Shown one piece after another: positions 17,209 to 31,900 of a stretch of DNA of 64,000 nt. The translations under genes and the position numbers were made by a program. This stretch comes from Octopus vulgaris (taxonomy: Eukaryota), in contig OX597834.1 in NCBI GenBank assembly GCA_951406725.2, positions 2,480,001-2,544,000 on the forward strand. Reading direction: 5' to 3'. Position 1 is the first letter of the stretch, and each line of letters begins with the position of its first letter. A model generated the notes under the pieces. It searched no databases and was not told the DNA's origin. It saw only the letters and a list, made by a program, of their open reading frames with translations.

Positions 17209-17809
17209 GAGTTGTGTGACTGGATAATATCAGGAATGGGATAGAATGAAAATTAAAGGGTAAAGTATATCAAGAGAGCAGAAGAAAAACTGAGATGGCG
17301 ATCCTTGGAATTGAACCTGCTGACAGGGGGACGTAGGTTGGTAGTAATACCGATATGTGATGGTGATGATGATGATCACCATGATGATAATGCTGGATAA
17401 TAAGAGAATCTATCTTTCTATCTTTTTCAATTTTATTTATTTAGATTTTCAATGCTTGAAGTCATTCATGTTTGTTCAGGTATTTTGTGTCTTGCAGTGC
17501 CCCTTCCTCCCCCATCCTCCTCCCCCTCCTCCTCCCCCTCCTCCTCCCCCTCCTCCTCCCCCTCCCCCATCCTCCTCCTCCCCCGCTTTATCAAAATATT
17601 AAAATTTTTGGTTTTAAAAGGTTCTCTTCCAATTTCTTCCGTTGTTTCCCCCCCCCCCAGTTTCTCTGGCATTTTCCGCTTCTGTTTTATATTTAATGGT
17701 TTCCTTGAAGGCAGAAAATTTGCTTTTTTCTTTGGTTTTTGTTTTGTACTAATTACTTGTTGTTCCTTCCTGGATCTGCCTTGGGACACAGGAACATGAT
17801 TCTTTAGTG

Positions 17810-19740
17810 CTCCCGTCCCACACCTCCCAGAACATGTTGCAGGTTTTTATCGTTGTTTATACTATTCTTTTTAGGCTGAGAGTGCAATATATTTTTCGAA
17901 CGGATCCTTCTACCAAAGACCCTAATTCGTCCCTTGTTAACCCGTGCAACGGGCGATGTGCTATGGTTATTCTTTCAAACCCGTTTCCTATTGCAGATTT
18001 TGGCGGTCTTGTTCGCGTCAGGCACCAAACTGGCATTCGTATTGCTCTGGCAAAATAGATTTTATTATCTCGGACTTTTTTTGTTTTTTAATCTGTGCTG
18101 GATTTTCGTGTAAAGAGAGCAGCTGACCTATCCCCTGATCAACCACCTACTTGTTTGCAACCTTGGATTATCTACAACAGGGAGAACTCTCAAAGATGGT
18201 AAGTCCGTTGCAACTTACAAGTTAAAGCCCTGGCAGCTGAAGAGATCAGAAACAAATATGCTGGCCCTAATCGCATCCAAATCCAGAGACCTTCCTAAAC
18301 ACACAGAACACGTCGATACGGAGTGGAGATTGTTTTGTTCGGTAGTTTCTTCTTTGGTTGTATTATAGTCTGGACGGAAATGGCTTTGTGTGGCACCGAA
18401 TAATAAAAGAGCTCCCTGGTTTCACCAGGAAGTTAAAAATGCCATCCCAGCAAAGAAGATGGTTTATAAAGTTTGGCTTGGAAATAAGTCTCCATACGGT
18501 ATAATGAGGCGCGAAAAGACAGCGGAAACGTTTAAAGTTAAGCCATCAACGCTACTTCCGTCCTGGACGCGGCACAACTGACCAGATATTCATTCTACGA
18601 CAGGTCTTCGAGAAATTGCCAGAATATTGCAAAGATGTGTACGCTTGCTTTGAAAACTTTGAAGAGGCGTTTGACCGCGTGCTGTAAGATTTACCATGAC
18701 GGTTTTTGTAGGAATTTGGGATAAATGAGCAGCTTCTGGATGCTGCGAAGTCCCTATATGAAAGTCCAGATGTGTTCGAGTAAATGATGCCAAGTCGAAA
18801 CCTTTCAATGTGAGTGTTGAATTTCAACAGAGGTCATTTCCCTTTTTTTCATAACTTTTATAAACTGGATGGACATGCGAAGCCGTTGTGGAAGTGGTAT
18901 CGCAATCAGTGGGGCGTTGGGGAGTGTAAGACCAGTTGGCTGATATCTATTGAAACACGTGGTGTTACTTGGATCATCCGAAGGTGAGTTCCAGCTTGCG
19001 TTGAATCGGTTCACCGCCCAGGGTTACAAGGCAGGGATGAGAACTGATGTTGCAAACACTGAGACATCCGGTTCTCTTAAGAATGTCACTCCAGTGCACT
19101 CGACATGCCAGTGGAACATCACTGAGACAGGTAGAGGAGTTTAGGTATCTTGGGGCCGTATTCCCAAGTAATGGAAGGCTGAATTGGGTGCTATAATTGC
19201 AGGGGCTGGCACAGTATTGCACCAGCTTTAGTATTCAATCCTTAGAAGAGGAGAGATTGGTAAAAAAGTCAAACCCGTTGTCTTCAATTCGGTTTTCGTG
19301 CTTCACCTCACTTTTGGTCATAAATGTTGGAGTAATGACCAAAAGTCATTCAACCACGAATACAAGGGGCTGAAATGGGGTTCCTCTGAAGGATGTCTGG
19401 AGTAATGTTACATGATGGGGTGAGTAACTTGGAGATTAGGGATTCGCTCCAAGTCGAACCGCTACTTCTCTGCATTGAGAGGTCACACCTCTGGTACTAC
19501 AGAGATGTGGTTAGATTGTCACAGGGAAGAATCACGTGACAGATTCTTTAAGCCAAGCCAACTGGTAGGAGACCAAGAATGAGATGGTTGGATAATGTCC
19601 ATTGTCTCAATTGGTCACTCTTGGGAATCTGGTCAGAAAGTGTAATGATGGTTGCTTCTAGTAGGACCGAATGGAGGAGGTGCTTGAGGACTCTACCCCT
19701 ACGACACTCCCAAGAATAAAGGGCGGAGAAGACGGAGGGA
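17810..19740 (+). mobile_element. Degraded RTE (Expander/BovB-like) LINE: APE endonuclease end, RT, 3' end
   Basis: IDFIIS, VLDFRVKRAADLSPD(H), PWFHQEVKNAI, DQIFILRQVFEK..CFENFEEAFDRV, VEEFRYLGAVF, IQGAEMGFL*RMSG, RPRMRWLDNV, with many frameshifts. Confidence 0.88.
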
Positions 19741-20415
19741 TTAGTTTTCTATTGTTTTTATGAGATATTTTTGTAGTATTTTTGTTTAATTCAACTCCAT
19801 TCACTTCCTGAAATATTCATTGTTCTACTCGATGTCTATCGTTCTTTTTAATGTAACACACTCCACAATTGTTGCTGCTCCCGCCACCTACACTTCTCTT
19901 TAAGTTAACACAATTCACCTCCGTTGATGCTCCCCCAAGTTACCGTTCCATTTAAACCCAACACACTTCAAAAGTCATATATCTAATGATGCTCCCCCCA
20001 CCTACCCTTCTATCCAGCAAAACACTCAAGCACTGAAACATATGACTAAATAGATGACTATTTTTTCCCCCTTTCGTTTCTTTCTCCTTCATTCAATTGA
20101 TCTTAATCAATATTTATCGATTTTATAAAGCGGGTGTTTCGAGCTTTTATGCAAATATTGTGTAGCAAGGTCAGAAATGGAGGGGGAGCGTTAGACGGGA
20201 GGTCGGTGATTTGAATAAACTCCATTAATTTATTTTACATTCATTGCTCTTCATTATTATCACCATCATCATCATCGTCACCATCATCATTATTGTTGTT
20301 GTTGCTAGCTATTATTTGTTATTATTATTGTTGTTGTTGTTGTTGTTGCTGTTAATTTCTTTTTTATGTTCTTTGCTTCCCACTGTACCTAGGTTCAGAG
20401 GCCACCAAGGTCACG

Positions 20416-20470
<55 letters not shown>

Positions 20471-20862
20471 ATATCACTATTCTAGCTCCATCCCTTCCGA
20501 GTGACTGCAATGAGACGACGACAATGATAAAAATAATAATGATGATGATGATGACAACCACAACGACAATGGTGTTAATAATGATGATGATGATGATGAT
20601 GATGATAATTATTCGAGACACACAGACACACAGGCACCAACGAACGACATTACATCTGCATATCTCAATCTGAATTCACACAACACTACCTTTAACACTG
20701 CATTTAACACTGCCTTTAACACTGCGTTTACACTGCGCCAGACTGCTTTACATTGCACACCACTGCAATGCGGACGAGGTTATCACGAAGCAAAGCAACA
20801 TTTTGGACGGTTTAATCTTCCGCTGTCCGTTTGTTTGTGTGTAACACGTGCAGACATTCACA

Positions 20863-21040
20863 TACGAGGTCTGATCAAAAAGTATCGGGACTGTTGCTAT
20901 GGCAACGAAGAGTGAAGCTTGCCGCAGATTGACCTTGAACTCTGTCGCGCATGCACACTAAGCTATAGCATTCTCGATTACTCCTGTTGCTTTTATAAGT
21001 GCTTGGAAGTAAAGTGTGTCGAGTGTGGTCGTCTCAAAAG
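20863..21040 (+). mobile_element. Single-ended relative of the 29237 mariner MITE
   Basis: TACGAGGTCTGATCAAAAAGTATCGGGACTGTTGCTATGGCAACGAAG; no partner TIR seen. Confidence 0.7.
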
Positions 21041-21187
21041 AAGACCAGGTTTCAGCTGTGCAGAATCTCTTTGTTTCGAGGAGGAAGAAGTGTTTTTGAA
21101 GGAGATTAAATGCAGAATTGATGTGTATTGGGGTTTTCCCTTTTTTATAACACCACTACTGAAAGATCAGATCTCTCTCCTTCTCTT

Positions 21188-21250
<63 letters not shown>

Positions 21251-21988
21251 CTGCACACCACAACTTTGCCTCAAACACAACTAAATACTCTCCAAACTGG
21301 AACCGCCCCCGATAGTGCGCAATAAACGAGGGCAACCAAGTGGTGAAGGTGAACAGTGTCGCTCATACGGTTCGGCAGAAGAGAATCAGTAGAATAAATG
21401 GCAGACTGACAAAAGAAAAGTACTTTGGGAGGCAATTCGTTTGAGTGAATTCTTGAAGGCAGTGCAGCAGCATGGCCGCAATCGAATGACTGTAACAAGT
21501 ACAAGACAGAGGAATAGATATAGAGAGATTTTAAAAAGATAATTTCTTCAAGAATTCAGTTTGAGAGAGGGTCTTTGAGGCAGGACGCTTGTCTTTAAAT
21601 ATATTTCGTCATTTGATACCCTATTTTATCTTTGACGGATCAAACAGGACGACCAGGAAATATTGGCACCAAGATTCGTCAAATTCTTCATGTGGAGGTT
21701 AGGTAGTATCTCGGTGATGCAAGGAGGGGGGCTGAGGTGAGTTAGGTTAGCTTATCTGATAGGGGTGCCTTAGTTGATACCGGAACTCGTTAGACACCGG
21801 AAGTAAATAATAAAAACATACAGTTTGTTAGTCTAGTGTATGTGTGTGCTTGTGTATGAACTCACCTGTGTGTGTGTGTAAGGGGTAGCTGTTATATGCA
21901 TGTGCATGATATATATATATATATATATACACACACATAAATGACTATATATAAAATATATATATGTCTCTCTCAATCCCTCTATCTA

Positions 21989-22139
<151 letters not shown>

Positions 22140-22289
22140 TATTTTGTGTATGTATGTGAGTGTGTGTAGAAGGCGTTCCAAAAGAATACGTCTCGATATT
22201 GGATGATTATAAAGTCAGTGTTTACTAAAAGACATTTCATTTTCAAAATTAAATGGAATCTATTGACAGAATTTGATTTATTTTTTTCT

Positions 22290-22788
22290 GAATACGTTTT
22301 CAACGAAATGCCTGTTCTGTCTGATCCAGGCATTACTGGTAATTCGAAGAAGTGGAATCACAAACATCAAGAAACATTTCATTTGGTGTTTGTGCGCATT
22401 TTTGTTCAATGGCTGCCCTCATGTTGCTGATTTTCTGCCGTAAACTTGGTTTTGTAAGTATTATGATTAAAAAAGTCTAATTGTGTGTAGTCCGATAAAC
22501 TTGGAAGGTATTCTACGGAGCCCGTTCATACAATTAACCTATTTCGTACCATTTCATTGAGGAAGGTCCTTAAAGTAATGTAAAGGACCTCATATTGCTG
22601 GAAATAAAACTTCTCATCTTCAAAGTCTTCAAACCATCACAGCCAGTTCGAATAAATGGGACCAAAGACAGAACCATCAAAAAGAATGGTCCAATTAATC
22701 CTTTTGAGGGTAAACCTCACCATCCTGTAACTCCTGGAAAATTAACAGGATGTTTCCTCTATGGTATTCAGATTCTCAGCTTCCCAGT

Positions 22789-22829
<41 letters not shown>

Positions 22830-23350
22830 TGTGTGTGTGTGTGGGGGGGGGCAATTGATGTTAGTTGAGTCGTTTAATCTAAATATAGCCTATTCACTCC
22901 AGACAATCTTTGTTGGAAAGTGTGCATCTTGTTGCCAAATACCACGAGCAAACCTCCACTCTTGAGCCTGGATCAACTTCATTCGGAACCTGGACTATTC
23001 TTCAAATGTAACTTTTCCATTGACATCGCTTAAAAATGTGATGGTTGCCTGATTTCGAAGTTCCTATCTCATGACTCACTTCCACACAGATTTTCTTGAA
23101 CTCTGGCAATACTTCTTTAGCATCCTTTGTTGCATTGTGGGGTTCGTTGATCTCCGCCGTCTTCCGGAACGGTTCTTGTAATCATTCTGAACTGCAATTC
23201 CATCTGCTTTAACCTTATCTTGGCAAGTTGCGTTGGTGGATCAGTTTGAAACTCCTAAACTCTCTTTGTACTTCAGCTGCGATTCAAAACTTCCAGTTGT
23301 ACTTCAGGATAAATTTCCTCTCGCTCAGACCTTGGTCTGGCTCCGTTCAT
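22290..23350 (-). mobile_element. Near-full-length degraded Tc1/mariner-superfamily transposase (DUF4817-like N-terminus, DDxD core)
   Basis: Manual minus-strand translation: ERKFILKYNWKF..AEVQREF..PPTQ..RSGRRRRST, IVWSE*AIFRLN, PGVTGW*GLPSKGLIGPFFFDGSV, FYFQQ, SVEYLPSLSDYTQLDFF, CLDQ..RHF. Split by (GA)n(TG)n at 22790-22850. Confidence 0.82.
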
Positions 23351-23540
23351 TACTTCGAATGGGTTACATCTAAGAAATGAATATTGCGTGAGTCAGTCGT
23401 TAAATTGCGGACAGTGTTTTTGTATTGTCTGTATAGAATGTAGATACACACACATATACACACACATATATATATACATACACATAAACATACGCATATA
23501 TACGTACATATATGCATATATATATATATATGTACGCATA

Positions 23541-23581
<41 letters not shown>

Positions 23582-23621
23582 GTATATAATTTCTATTTCT
23601 TCTTTATCTATTTCCTTGTAT

Positions 23622-23659
<38 letters not shown>

Positions 23660-24983
23660 GTATGTATTTATATATGTATATGTGTGTTTGTGTATGTGTG
23701 TATGCATGTGTGTGTGTGCAAGTGTGTGTTTATATATAACTCTATACTGATGACAGGACATAATTTGGTAGGTAGGTAAAAGTCATTGCAGGTAAAAATT
23801 TTGGATGTAATCAAACGATGCTGTGCAGACATTCCTTTACAGCTGTTTCTAGAATGGTTGAATAATTGGTGCAGTTCTCTGTATGTTGCTTACATCGAAA
23901 TATTGTGGAAACTCATTCCATGTTCGGTATAATTATGACATTTCGTTGACTTCAATTTTTTGCTAAATAGTGCATTCATCAGATCCTGTTTATCAGAGGG
24001 AATCGGAAACATTCATCTTGTATACATACTTGCTGTCATACACGCGCATACATACCCATTTACATACGGAGACACATACATACGCATAAATACATGAAAA
24101 CATATATACATGCACACATACATACATTCACATATACATACATGCATACATACATACATACATACAAACATACATGCGTACATGCATACACATATACATA
24201 CATGGAGACATATATACATATTACTGGAACAAGAGGATACGGTTGAAGCAAAGTCTGGCTGAACTTAAGTTCTTGGCGAGAGAATACAACTCACAGGCTC
24301 AAATGATCACGCTATTTGAGACAATACAGATCTGCAAGATTTTTATAAACTTAAAGGCTGATGAAGAAAAAGTAGTGGCTTCCTTCAAAACCTTATTCCT
24401 AAATAGGAGGCCGGTTCCCCGCCCACACAAAAAACATACATTCATACATACATCGTGGCTGTCGACTTGTAGATGAAAAGGACCATCACTAAATGTTAAA
24501 GACAACACCTAACAGCAACGCCCGTGCTGAACGTCAATACCACCTTGCAGAACACAGGCTAAGACACTCTCCTACAAGGACAAGTAGTCCAGAAATAAGC
24601 AAGGGGAAGATCTTCAGTTTCGTACCGAGGTGCGTATTTTGGAATTACCTTTCTCCTGGAGAGATGCCAAAACAAAACCTTGGGGTCTCTCATCCCCGGT
24701 CGCTGGGGTGGGGGTGGAGGCGTTGACAGGTTTTCTTTTGTAAGTAAACGCCCAACCGTCAGTCTGGATATGCTTGGGTTTTCAAGAAAAGAAATCAGCC
24801 GACTGATTCTCACATTACAAATACGATCTGTAAGCGGAACAGTAAAAATATGCAAGACTTTTCTGGAGTTTAAAATCTGACATTGTTTTCATTATTTATA
24901 TTCCAACGATCGAGCTTTGTATCGTTGTTAGAGATTAGCTCCTTCTTCGAAAGAAGAATTTAAATAATCAAAGATAGAAAAAT

Positions 24984-26002
24984 ACATACATAATACATAC
25001 ATACATACATACATACATACATACATACATACATACATACATACATAAATACATACATACATACATACATACATACATACATAAATACATACATACATAC
25101 ATACATACATACATACATACATAAATACATATATACATACATAATACATACATACATAAATACATACATACATACATACATACATACATACATACATACA
25201 GAAACACATACATACATACATAGAGAAATACATACATACATACATACATACATACATACATACATACATACATACGTACGTACGTACATACATACATACA
25301 TACATACATACATACATACATACATACATACATACATACATACATACGATTTTTAGGTTTGTCTTGCAATAGGCAATTATTTTTTAACTGAATCATTTTC
25401 AAAATTAATTGATTAATTAGTTAATTAACTAGCCAGTTAAAAGAGCATTTAGGTTCATAACATGAAGTTCAGTGTTTCGTACATCTAAAATAAATAAAGC
25501 GTGCAAAAATAACTGTTTAAAAAAAAGCAGTATAGAAGCCAACACCCTCCGTGTCCTGATAATGAGGACCAGATAGTCAGTAAAGTTATAAAATGTAAAA
25601 TTTAGACGCCTTGTTACTGGAAATACACCGCAAAGGTTAGATAAAAAGATACGAAGAAATAAAACTAATTAAAAAGAGTAACTTGGAACATAGTCGTGTT
25701 TCTCCATGTAACATGCCTGAAAGAAATACATTTTCCCACATACGTGTACGTATGTATGTATGTATGTATGTATGTATGTATGTATGTATGTATGTATGTA
25801 TGTATGTATGTATGTATGTATGTATGTATGTATGTATGTATGTATGTATGTATGTATGAATGTATGTATGTATGTATGTATGTATGTGTATGTATGTATG
25901 TATGTATGTATGTATGTATGTGTGTATGTATGTATGTATGTATGTATGTATGTATGTATGTATGTATGTATGTATGAATGTGTATGTATGTATGTATGTA
26001 TG

Positions 26003-26037
<35 letters not shown>

Positions 26038-26193
26038 ACGTGAGTGTGTACACGTGAGTGTGTATTTATTAAAATACAAATGTGCGTATGTGTATCTATC
26101 TGAGATCCCCGCTTCGGTGTGTATCTATATATACATAAATATATATGTATGTATATATGTAAATATGTGTATGAATGTGTATGTATATACACA

Positions 26194-26242
<49 letters not shown>

Positions 26243-26243
26243 C

Positions 26244-26275
<32 letters not shown>

Positions 26276-26778
26276 TGTATGTATGTATGTATGTATGTAT
26301 GTATGTATGTGTGTGTGTGTATGTACGTCAGCATGTGGGCAGGTAGATGTGTCAATAGAGAAATAACTAGAGAGAGATAAGATAAAAGTGAATATCTCGA
26401 CCCACGTACAACTGTCATGGCAGACCTCTCACATGGCTGACAAATATAGAACATGCAAAGATAAAATAGGTTTCTGTAGCCCTATTTACGTATCCAGGCA
26501 GATAGCACTTCGCTCTGCTTCTCAATCAAGTGTGCAGTCGCTGATATGGGTGTGTGCGTGCGTGTGTATATACATAGATGTGTATGTATATTTGTATATG
26601 AATGTATGTATGCATGTATGTGTGTGTGTGTGTATGCATGAATGTATATATGTATGTGTTTATGTATGTATGTAAATATGTATTATTTATACATGCTGTA
26701 TATATGTTTATATGTATGCATATATATACACACACATACATACATATATGTATATACATACATACGTACACTCTCATT

Positions 26779-26830
<52 letters not shown>

Positions 26831-26956
26831 TACATCAAATCTCTGTGTTATCTCAATTATGTCGTTGATTTTTACATAGAAACTACTTTCCTGAGGTGGA
26901 GAAAACATATGTTGGGGATGTGTTTTCAGAATCAACAACATTAGACTGAGTGTGTA

Positions 26957-27051
<95 letters not shown>

Positions 27052-27067
27052 GTGTGTGTGTGTGTGT

Positions 27068-27148
<81 letters not shown>
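24984..27148. repeat. Large (CATA)n/(TATG)n/(TG)n microsatellite field, representative of dozens in the window
   Basis: Direct reading; explains the MYVC/HTYI ORFs. Confidence 0.95.
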
Positions 27149-27784
27149 ATGTTATATTTCGTTTTCACCGTACAATATTACCAATCTGTTTCTTTTCCTT
27201 TCGTTACAAATTATTATTATTATTGTTGTTGTTGTTGTTGTCGCTGCTGTTGCAAATTAGGAGAGTGTCTGTCTGTCTGTCCTTCTGCTTCTCTATCCTT
27301 CTGTATTCCTGTCAACGAATGTCTATTTCTACCTCACAATTCTCTCCCAATCTGTCTACCTTCTCTCGCAAATTTGTCAGTAACTTCCATTTGCCTGACT
27401 TCGTGCCTCCCTCCCATCCTGTCTGTCTGTCTGTCTGTCTAACACTCTTTCCAACTTGTCTCTAGATACTCAACAATATTCTGAGTGGATGTCCCCTTAT
27501 TTCATCTGCTATCCCCTAATGTCTCCCTCCCTCCCGCCACTGATTTGCTAGTTCGTTCGTACCGAACTCATTGTCTGTTTCTCGAATCCGACTGTCTCCC
27601 TGGCAACCCCTGAACTTACTATTTGTCCCCCACTGGGCTCACTATTTCCCTAACATGATTGTTCCTTTAATCTGTTTGTCCAACCCCTGAACTCACTGCC
27701 TGTCTCCCTAATCTGTTTGTCTGTCTGTCTCCCCACCTCAACTTTCTCACCAATATTCGCCTTATTTTCCTTTCGTTTTCATTT

Positions 27785-28278
27785 GGGCAGAATGCTTTGT
27801 GCCATTTGTTGTAGCTCCCTGCGCTCTGAGTTCAAATTCTCCCCAAGTCAAATTTGTGTTTTTTTATCCTTCTGGAATAAGAAGCGAAACCTTCAAGGGG
27901 TCGAAATATAAAAGACCAGACCAGTATCATCTCATCTCACCCTTTTCTCTTCCTGGGTTCTTCCAATATATGCAAAAGTCTATTCTTGTCTTATTGTGTC
28001 ACGCTAGCTCCAGCAGAGAATTATGCTAAGGATACCCATGTTTACGGAATACTCACCTACTTCCACGCTAAAGTTGCCGATACCGTAAAACAAAAAAGAA
28101 GCTCAACCGTATTTCATACATCTTTTTACATTCAAAGTTCAAATCACACCGATCTCAATTTTGCCTTTCATTCTTTCAGAGTCGACGAAATAAAATGCGA
28201 GTCAAGTGCTGGGACCGATGTAACCAATTTCCCCCCTCCCCTCAAACATTGCTGTTCCTGTGCCGAAATTAGAAACAA
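27785..28278 (+). mobile_element. Two degraded family A SINEs
   Basis: GAGTTCAAATTC.. at 27828 and AGTTCAAATCACACCG..TTTGCCTTTCATTCTTTC at 28136. Confidence 0.65.
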
Positions 28279-28695
28279 TTATGATGATTATAATTATTAG
28301 TAGTAGTAAGATTAAGAACTTAATGTGTATGTGTGTGTGTATATACACCTCAAACCCACCTTTACCCCCACACTCTAACACCACCACACCACAGCACAGC
28401 AAACTACACCATCACACCACACCACCCTGCACACACCAGCATTGACCACTTCCCAGCACCCACACCATCATCTACACACCCACACGTGAAGGTCACCAGC
28501 CCCTATCCACACGCACACACACACGCTCTCACATACACACGCACGCATACCTTCGTTTTCGGATCACCACTACTTTATTATCTCCCCTTCTTCCTAGCTC
28601 TCCTATCTGACCACCTCTGTCTAGTCATCGCCATAATTGCCCGCTAGCTACTAAAGCTTTCTTTTTTTATTCTTTCTGTTTAATTTCTCGCGTTC

Positions 28696-28731
28696 CTTTC
28701 TGTTGAAGAGCGTAGGCTCGAAACTTAAAAG
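28696..28731 (+). ncRNA. Degenerate minimal hammerhead-like motif
   Basis: CUUU-CUGUUGA-A-GAGC GUAG GCUC-GAAAC-UUA-AAAG; same family as 50236-50271. Confidence 0.42.
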
Positions 28732-29236
28732 ACTTTCCCACCTTTCCGAGCGTTAAACTAATTCACCTGTTTTTTGTTTACACATCTGTTTTCGTCTTTT
28801 GTTTTCTTGTAAATTCTAATTATATAACAAGGCAACCGATGGTTTCATGTTAAGAGATCTCAAAATGGAGACGAGTAACCACATTTCCGTGTAGCAGGTT
28901 TAAAGTTATCTCTCCAGATTTTCAATAAAAACTAGACCCAGGACTAAAAGTTGCATTTTGTATATGAATGCGTCTATGTAAACAATGCAATCGAAGATAG
29001 AAAAATAAGTGATGAGTGTATATACATATTTCAGGAATTCTTGCTGCTTCTTCAGCCCCACATCCACCCCGTTAACCGTCCACGAACACACTGCTTAAAA
29101 AGTCCCTAATTTACCGGCGTAACACAATTGGATAAACCAATTTTACATATTAAACACATTCCTGGCAACTGGACGAATATATCAATTGTTGGTTGGGACA
29201 GCGTATTTCTTCATACAACCAGGATAGACTACAAAG

Positions 29237-29406
29237 TACGAGATCTGATCAATAAGTATCCGGACTGTTGCCATAGTAACGAAGCTAAATCATGTAGAGT
29301 AAAGCCGTTAGAGTTTAAGGTAAGTCTGTGCCAAGCAGTTTCACTCTGCGTGCTTTAGCTTCGTTACTATGGCAACAGTCCGGATACTTATTGATCAGAC
29401 CACGTA
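29237..29406. mobile_element. mariner-derived MITE with ~65-bp TIRs and TA ends
   Basis: TACGAGATCTGATCAATAAGTATCCGGACTGTTGCCATAGTAACGAAGCTAAA is inverted at 29354-29406; TA dinucleotide at both ends. Confidence 0.9.
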
Positions 29407-30202
29407 TATTAAAAGGCTTGTAAGTCATTAGCGTGTCCTACTGTGTTAGCAGTGCCATTCAATCACTTTTTAAAGCTATCTCTGCAGACGCCCTTATAGA
29501 AAGTAAAACCAGCGCTGAAAGTCACCTCTTAAATACCATTATTTCCCAGACCGTTCTCATGCAGATCGGTAACACCTATTAGGGCCCCGTCTTTGGATTA
29601 GCTTTCCCGGGGATAGAGGAGGATCCTGTTATTTTTGACAATGCCATGGGGAAGGCAGGTCTTCTAGGAGAAAGATACTTCGACGTAAAGTTATCTCTCC
29701 AGATTCAAAATCAAAATAGTAGCATTCGTCCTGCAATGCTTGTCGCTGGAATCTATTATGGCAACTACGTAAGTTGCAGAAATGTTGTACAAGCTTTTGT
29801 TTCTTAAATCGAATGACGTACAGATGGCGCTCGCTTTCGTTTCATTTCTTGGTCCGTTTTGTATTTTATAAAGGCAATTATCTTCACAGCGAGAAATTTC
29901 CTCTGCAACACAATACAGTGAATGGCTATCTTACGGGTGCGGATAGGGTTATTTTTTTATACAGCTAGGAATTCAGTTAGTCGAACAACTAATTGCTCAT
30001 CGCTGAGCTCGACGAAGGATCCCCAACGTCAGATAGACAAAAAACGGCGAGATTAAGAGTATAAATAAATGAGAAAGTGTTGGATGAGATCGGGTGGCGA
30101 CAGTTAGAGAGTTTTAGGGTCTGGAGAGCAGAGGATGTAATAGTACCGGTGAAAGAAGCAGGGAGAGGACATAGCATATCTGTAGTTGCAATATGTGTGT
30201 AT

Positions 30203-30528
30203 GAAGGCGCGTGGCTTAATGGTTAAGGCATTCGGCTCAGGATAGTAAGACCATGAGCTCGATTCCCCGGGTGCCCCGTGACCTTGAGCAAGACACTTTC
30301 TTTCACGTTTTTGCCAGTCCACTCAGCTAGCAAAAATGAGTTGTACCTGCAATACGAAGGGGTCAGCCTTGTCATATTGTGTGTCATACTGAATCTCCCT
30401 GTGAACTACATTAAGGGTTACACGTGTCTGTGGAGTACTCAACCACTTGTGTGTTAATTCCAGGAGCAATCTTTTCCGTTGATCGGATCAATTGGAAGCC
30501 TCGTCGTCGAAACCGACGGAGGGCCAAT
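30203..30528 (+). mobile_element. tRNA-derived SINE family D (other copies 32640-32868 -, 60920-61150 -, 62760-63005 +)
   Basis: GGCGCGTGGCTTAATGGTTAAGGCA (A box), GCTCGATTCC (B box), GTGACCTTGAGCAAGACACTT core, CCAGTCCACTCAGCT. Confidence 0.8.
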
Positions 30529-31354
30529 TTGTGTGTGTGTGTGCGTGTTATTGGTATTGGAGAGGCGGGTGCAATCTGTCGGTGGCCTGTCATGGACCCT
30601 CCCAGGATTAATGTCCCCCTGAATCAGGGGAAAATCCACTGTAATGGGGGGTGGGGTGGATTTCAGGAGGTAAAAATTCTGGGGAGAAATGATTCAGATT
30701 TGGGGGTTAATGTGGGGGTCCTCTGTGAAAGGAGAAATATTGTGCGGTTGCAATGAGAGAAGTAAGGGTTAACGGGAAGGTGTGTCGTTCATCCGTTTCC
30801 AGAAAGTGGGATGACATGAAAGAGGTTTGGAATTGGTGCAAGGATCCCTGGATGATGGAACGTATTGGAGATGGAATACTGGAGCACCGCTGCTTCCGCT
30901 ACCGCTGCTTCCGCTACCGCTGCTTCTGCCGCCGCTGCTTCCGCTGCCGCTGCTTCCGCTTCCGCTGCTGCCGCTGCTGCGCTGCCGCCGCTGCCGCCGC
31001 TGCCGCCGCTGCCGCCGCTGCCGCCGCTGCCGCCGCTGCCGCCGCTGCGCCGCTGCTGCCGCTGCTGCCGCTGCTGCCGCTGCTGCTGCCGCTGCTGCTG
31101 ATGCTGCTGCTGCCGCTGCCACTGCTGCTGCGTTTGCTACTACTGCTACAAGTGCTACCACCACCACCACCACCATCACCACTGCTGAAGTATAGAGAAA
31201 AAGAGAGAGAGATGGAGAGATAGAGGGGAGAGAGATGGAGAGTGAGATTAAAGGCTAACAGCCATAAAAGCCTGGCGTTATTCATTACAAGCATGTCGAC
31301 ATTCCTATGTACCACCACCACCACCACCACCACCTCATCCACCACAATACGACT

Positions 31355-31388
<34 letters not shown>

Positions 31389-31859
31389 CCACCGACATCT
31401 CAATCTACTCATACTACTGTAATATCTCTCACCACCACCACCACCACCACCACCACCACCACCACCACTGCCTCCGCCACCTCAACTTAATCATCCACCC
31501 TGCCATGCCCACTGCCATCATAATTCTCCACCTCCTCCCTCTCCCCTCCTCCCGTCCAATTAGAAAATGGCCGCCGGCCATCTTGTTTTTGTTGGCAACA
31601 TCTGGTGTTGGTCTCGTTAACACATTTGTGACGGCAAATATTTCAGCTATAAAAGCGTATACGCATGCGCGTGTGCGCGCGTGTGTGTGTGTGTGTAGAC
31701 ATAGATATAGGTATGTATATTTATATGCGATTGTGTGTATACACACTCTCATAAATACATACACATATACACACACAACTCAAATATAAACAAACGCACA
31801 TGTACATATAATACATACATATATATAATTATATATTTTTGTATTTGAGTATATATATG

Positions 31860-31900
<41 letters not shown>

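Noticed and set aside
17293-17325. tRNA-like T-arm/acceptor end on the minus strand (GGTTCAATTCC..CGCCA)
   Set aside because: No D arm or anticodon stem upstream. SINE heads elsewhere are likewise tRNA-derived rather than tRNA genes.
23770-24880. Further transposase-like fragments (SDECT; LFWHL)
   Set aside because: Too degraded to call without an HMM search.
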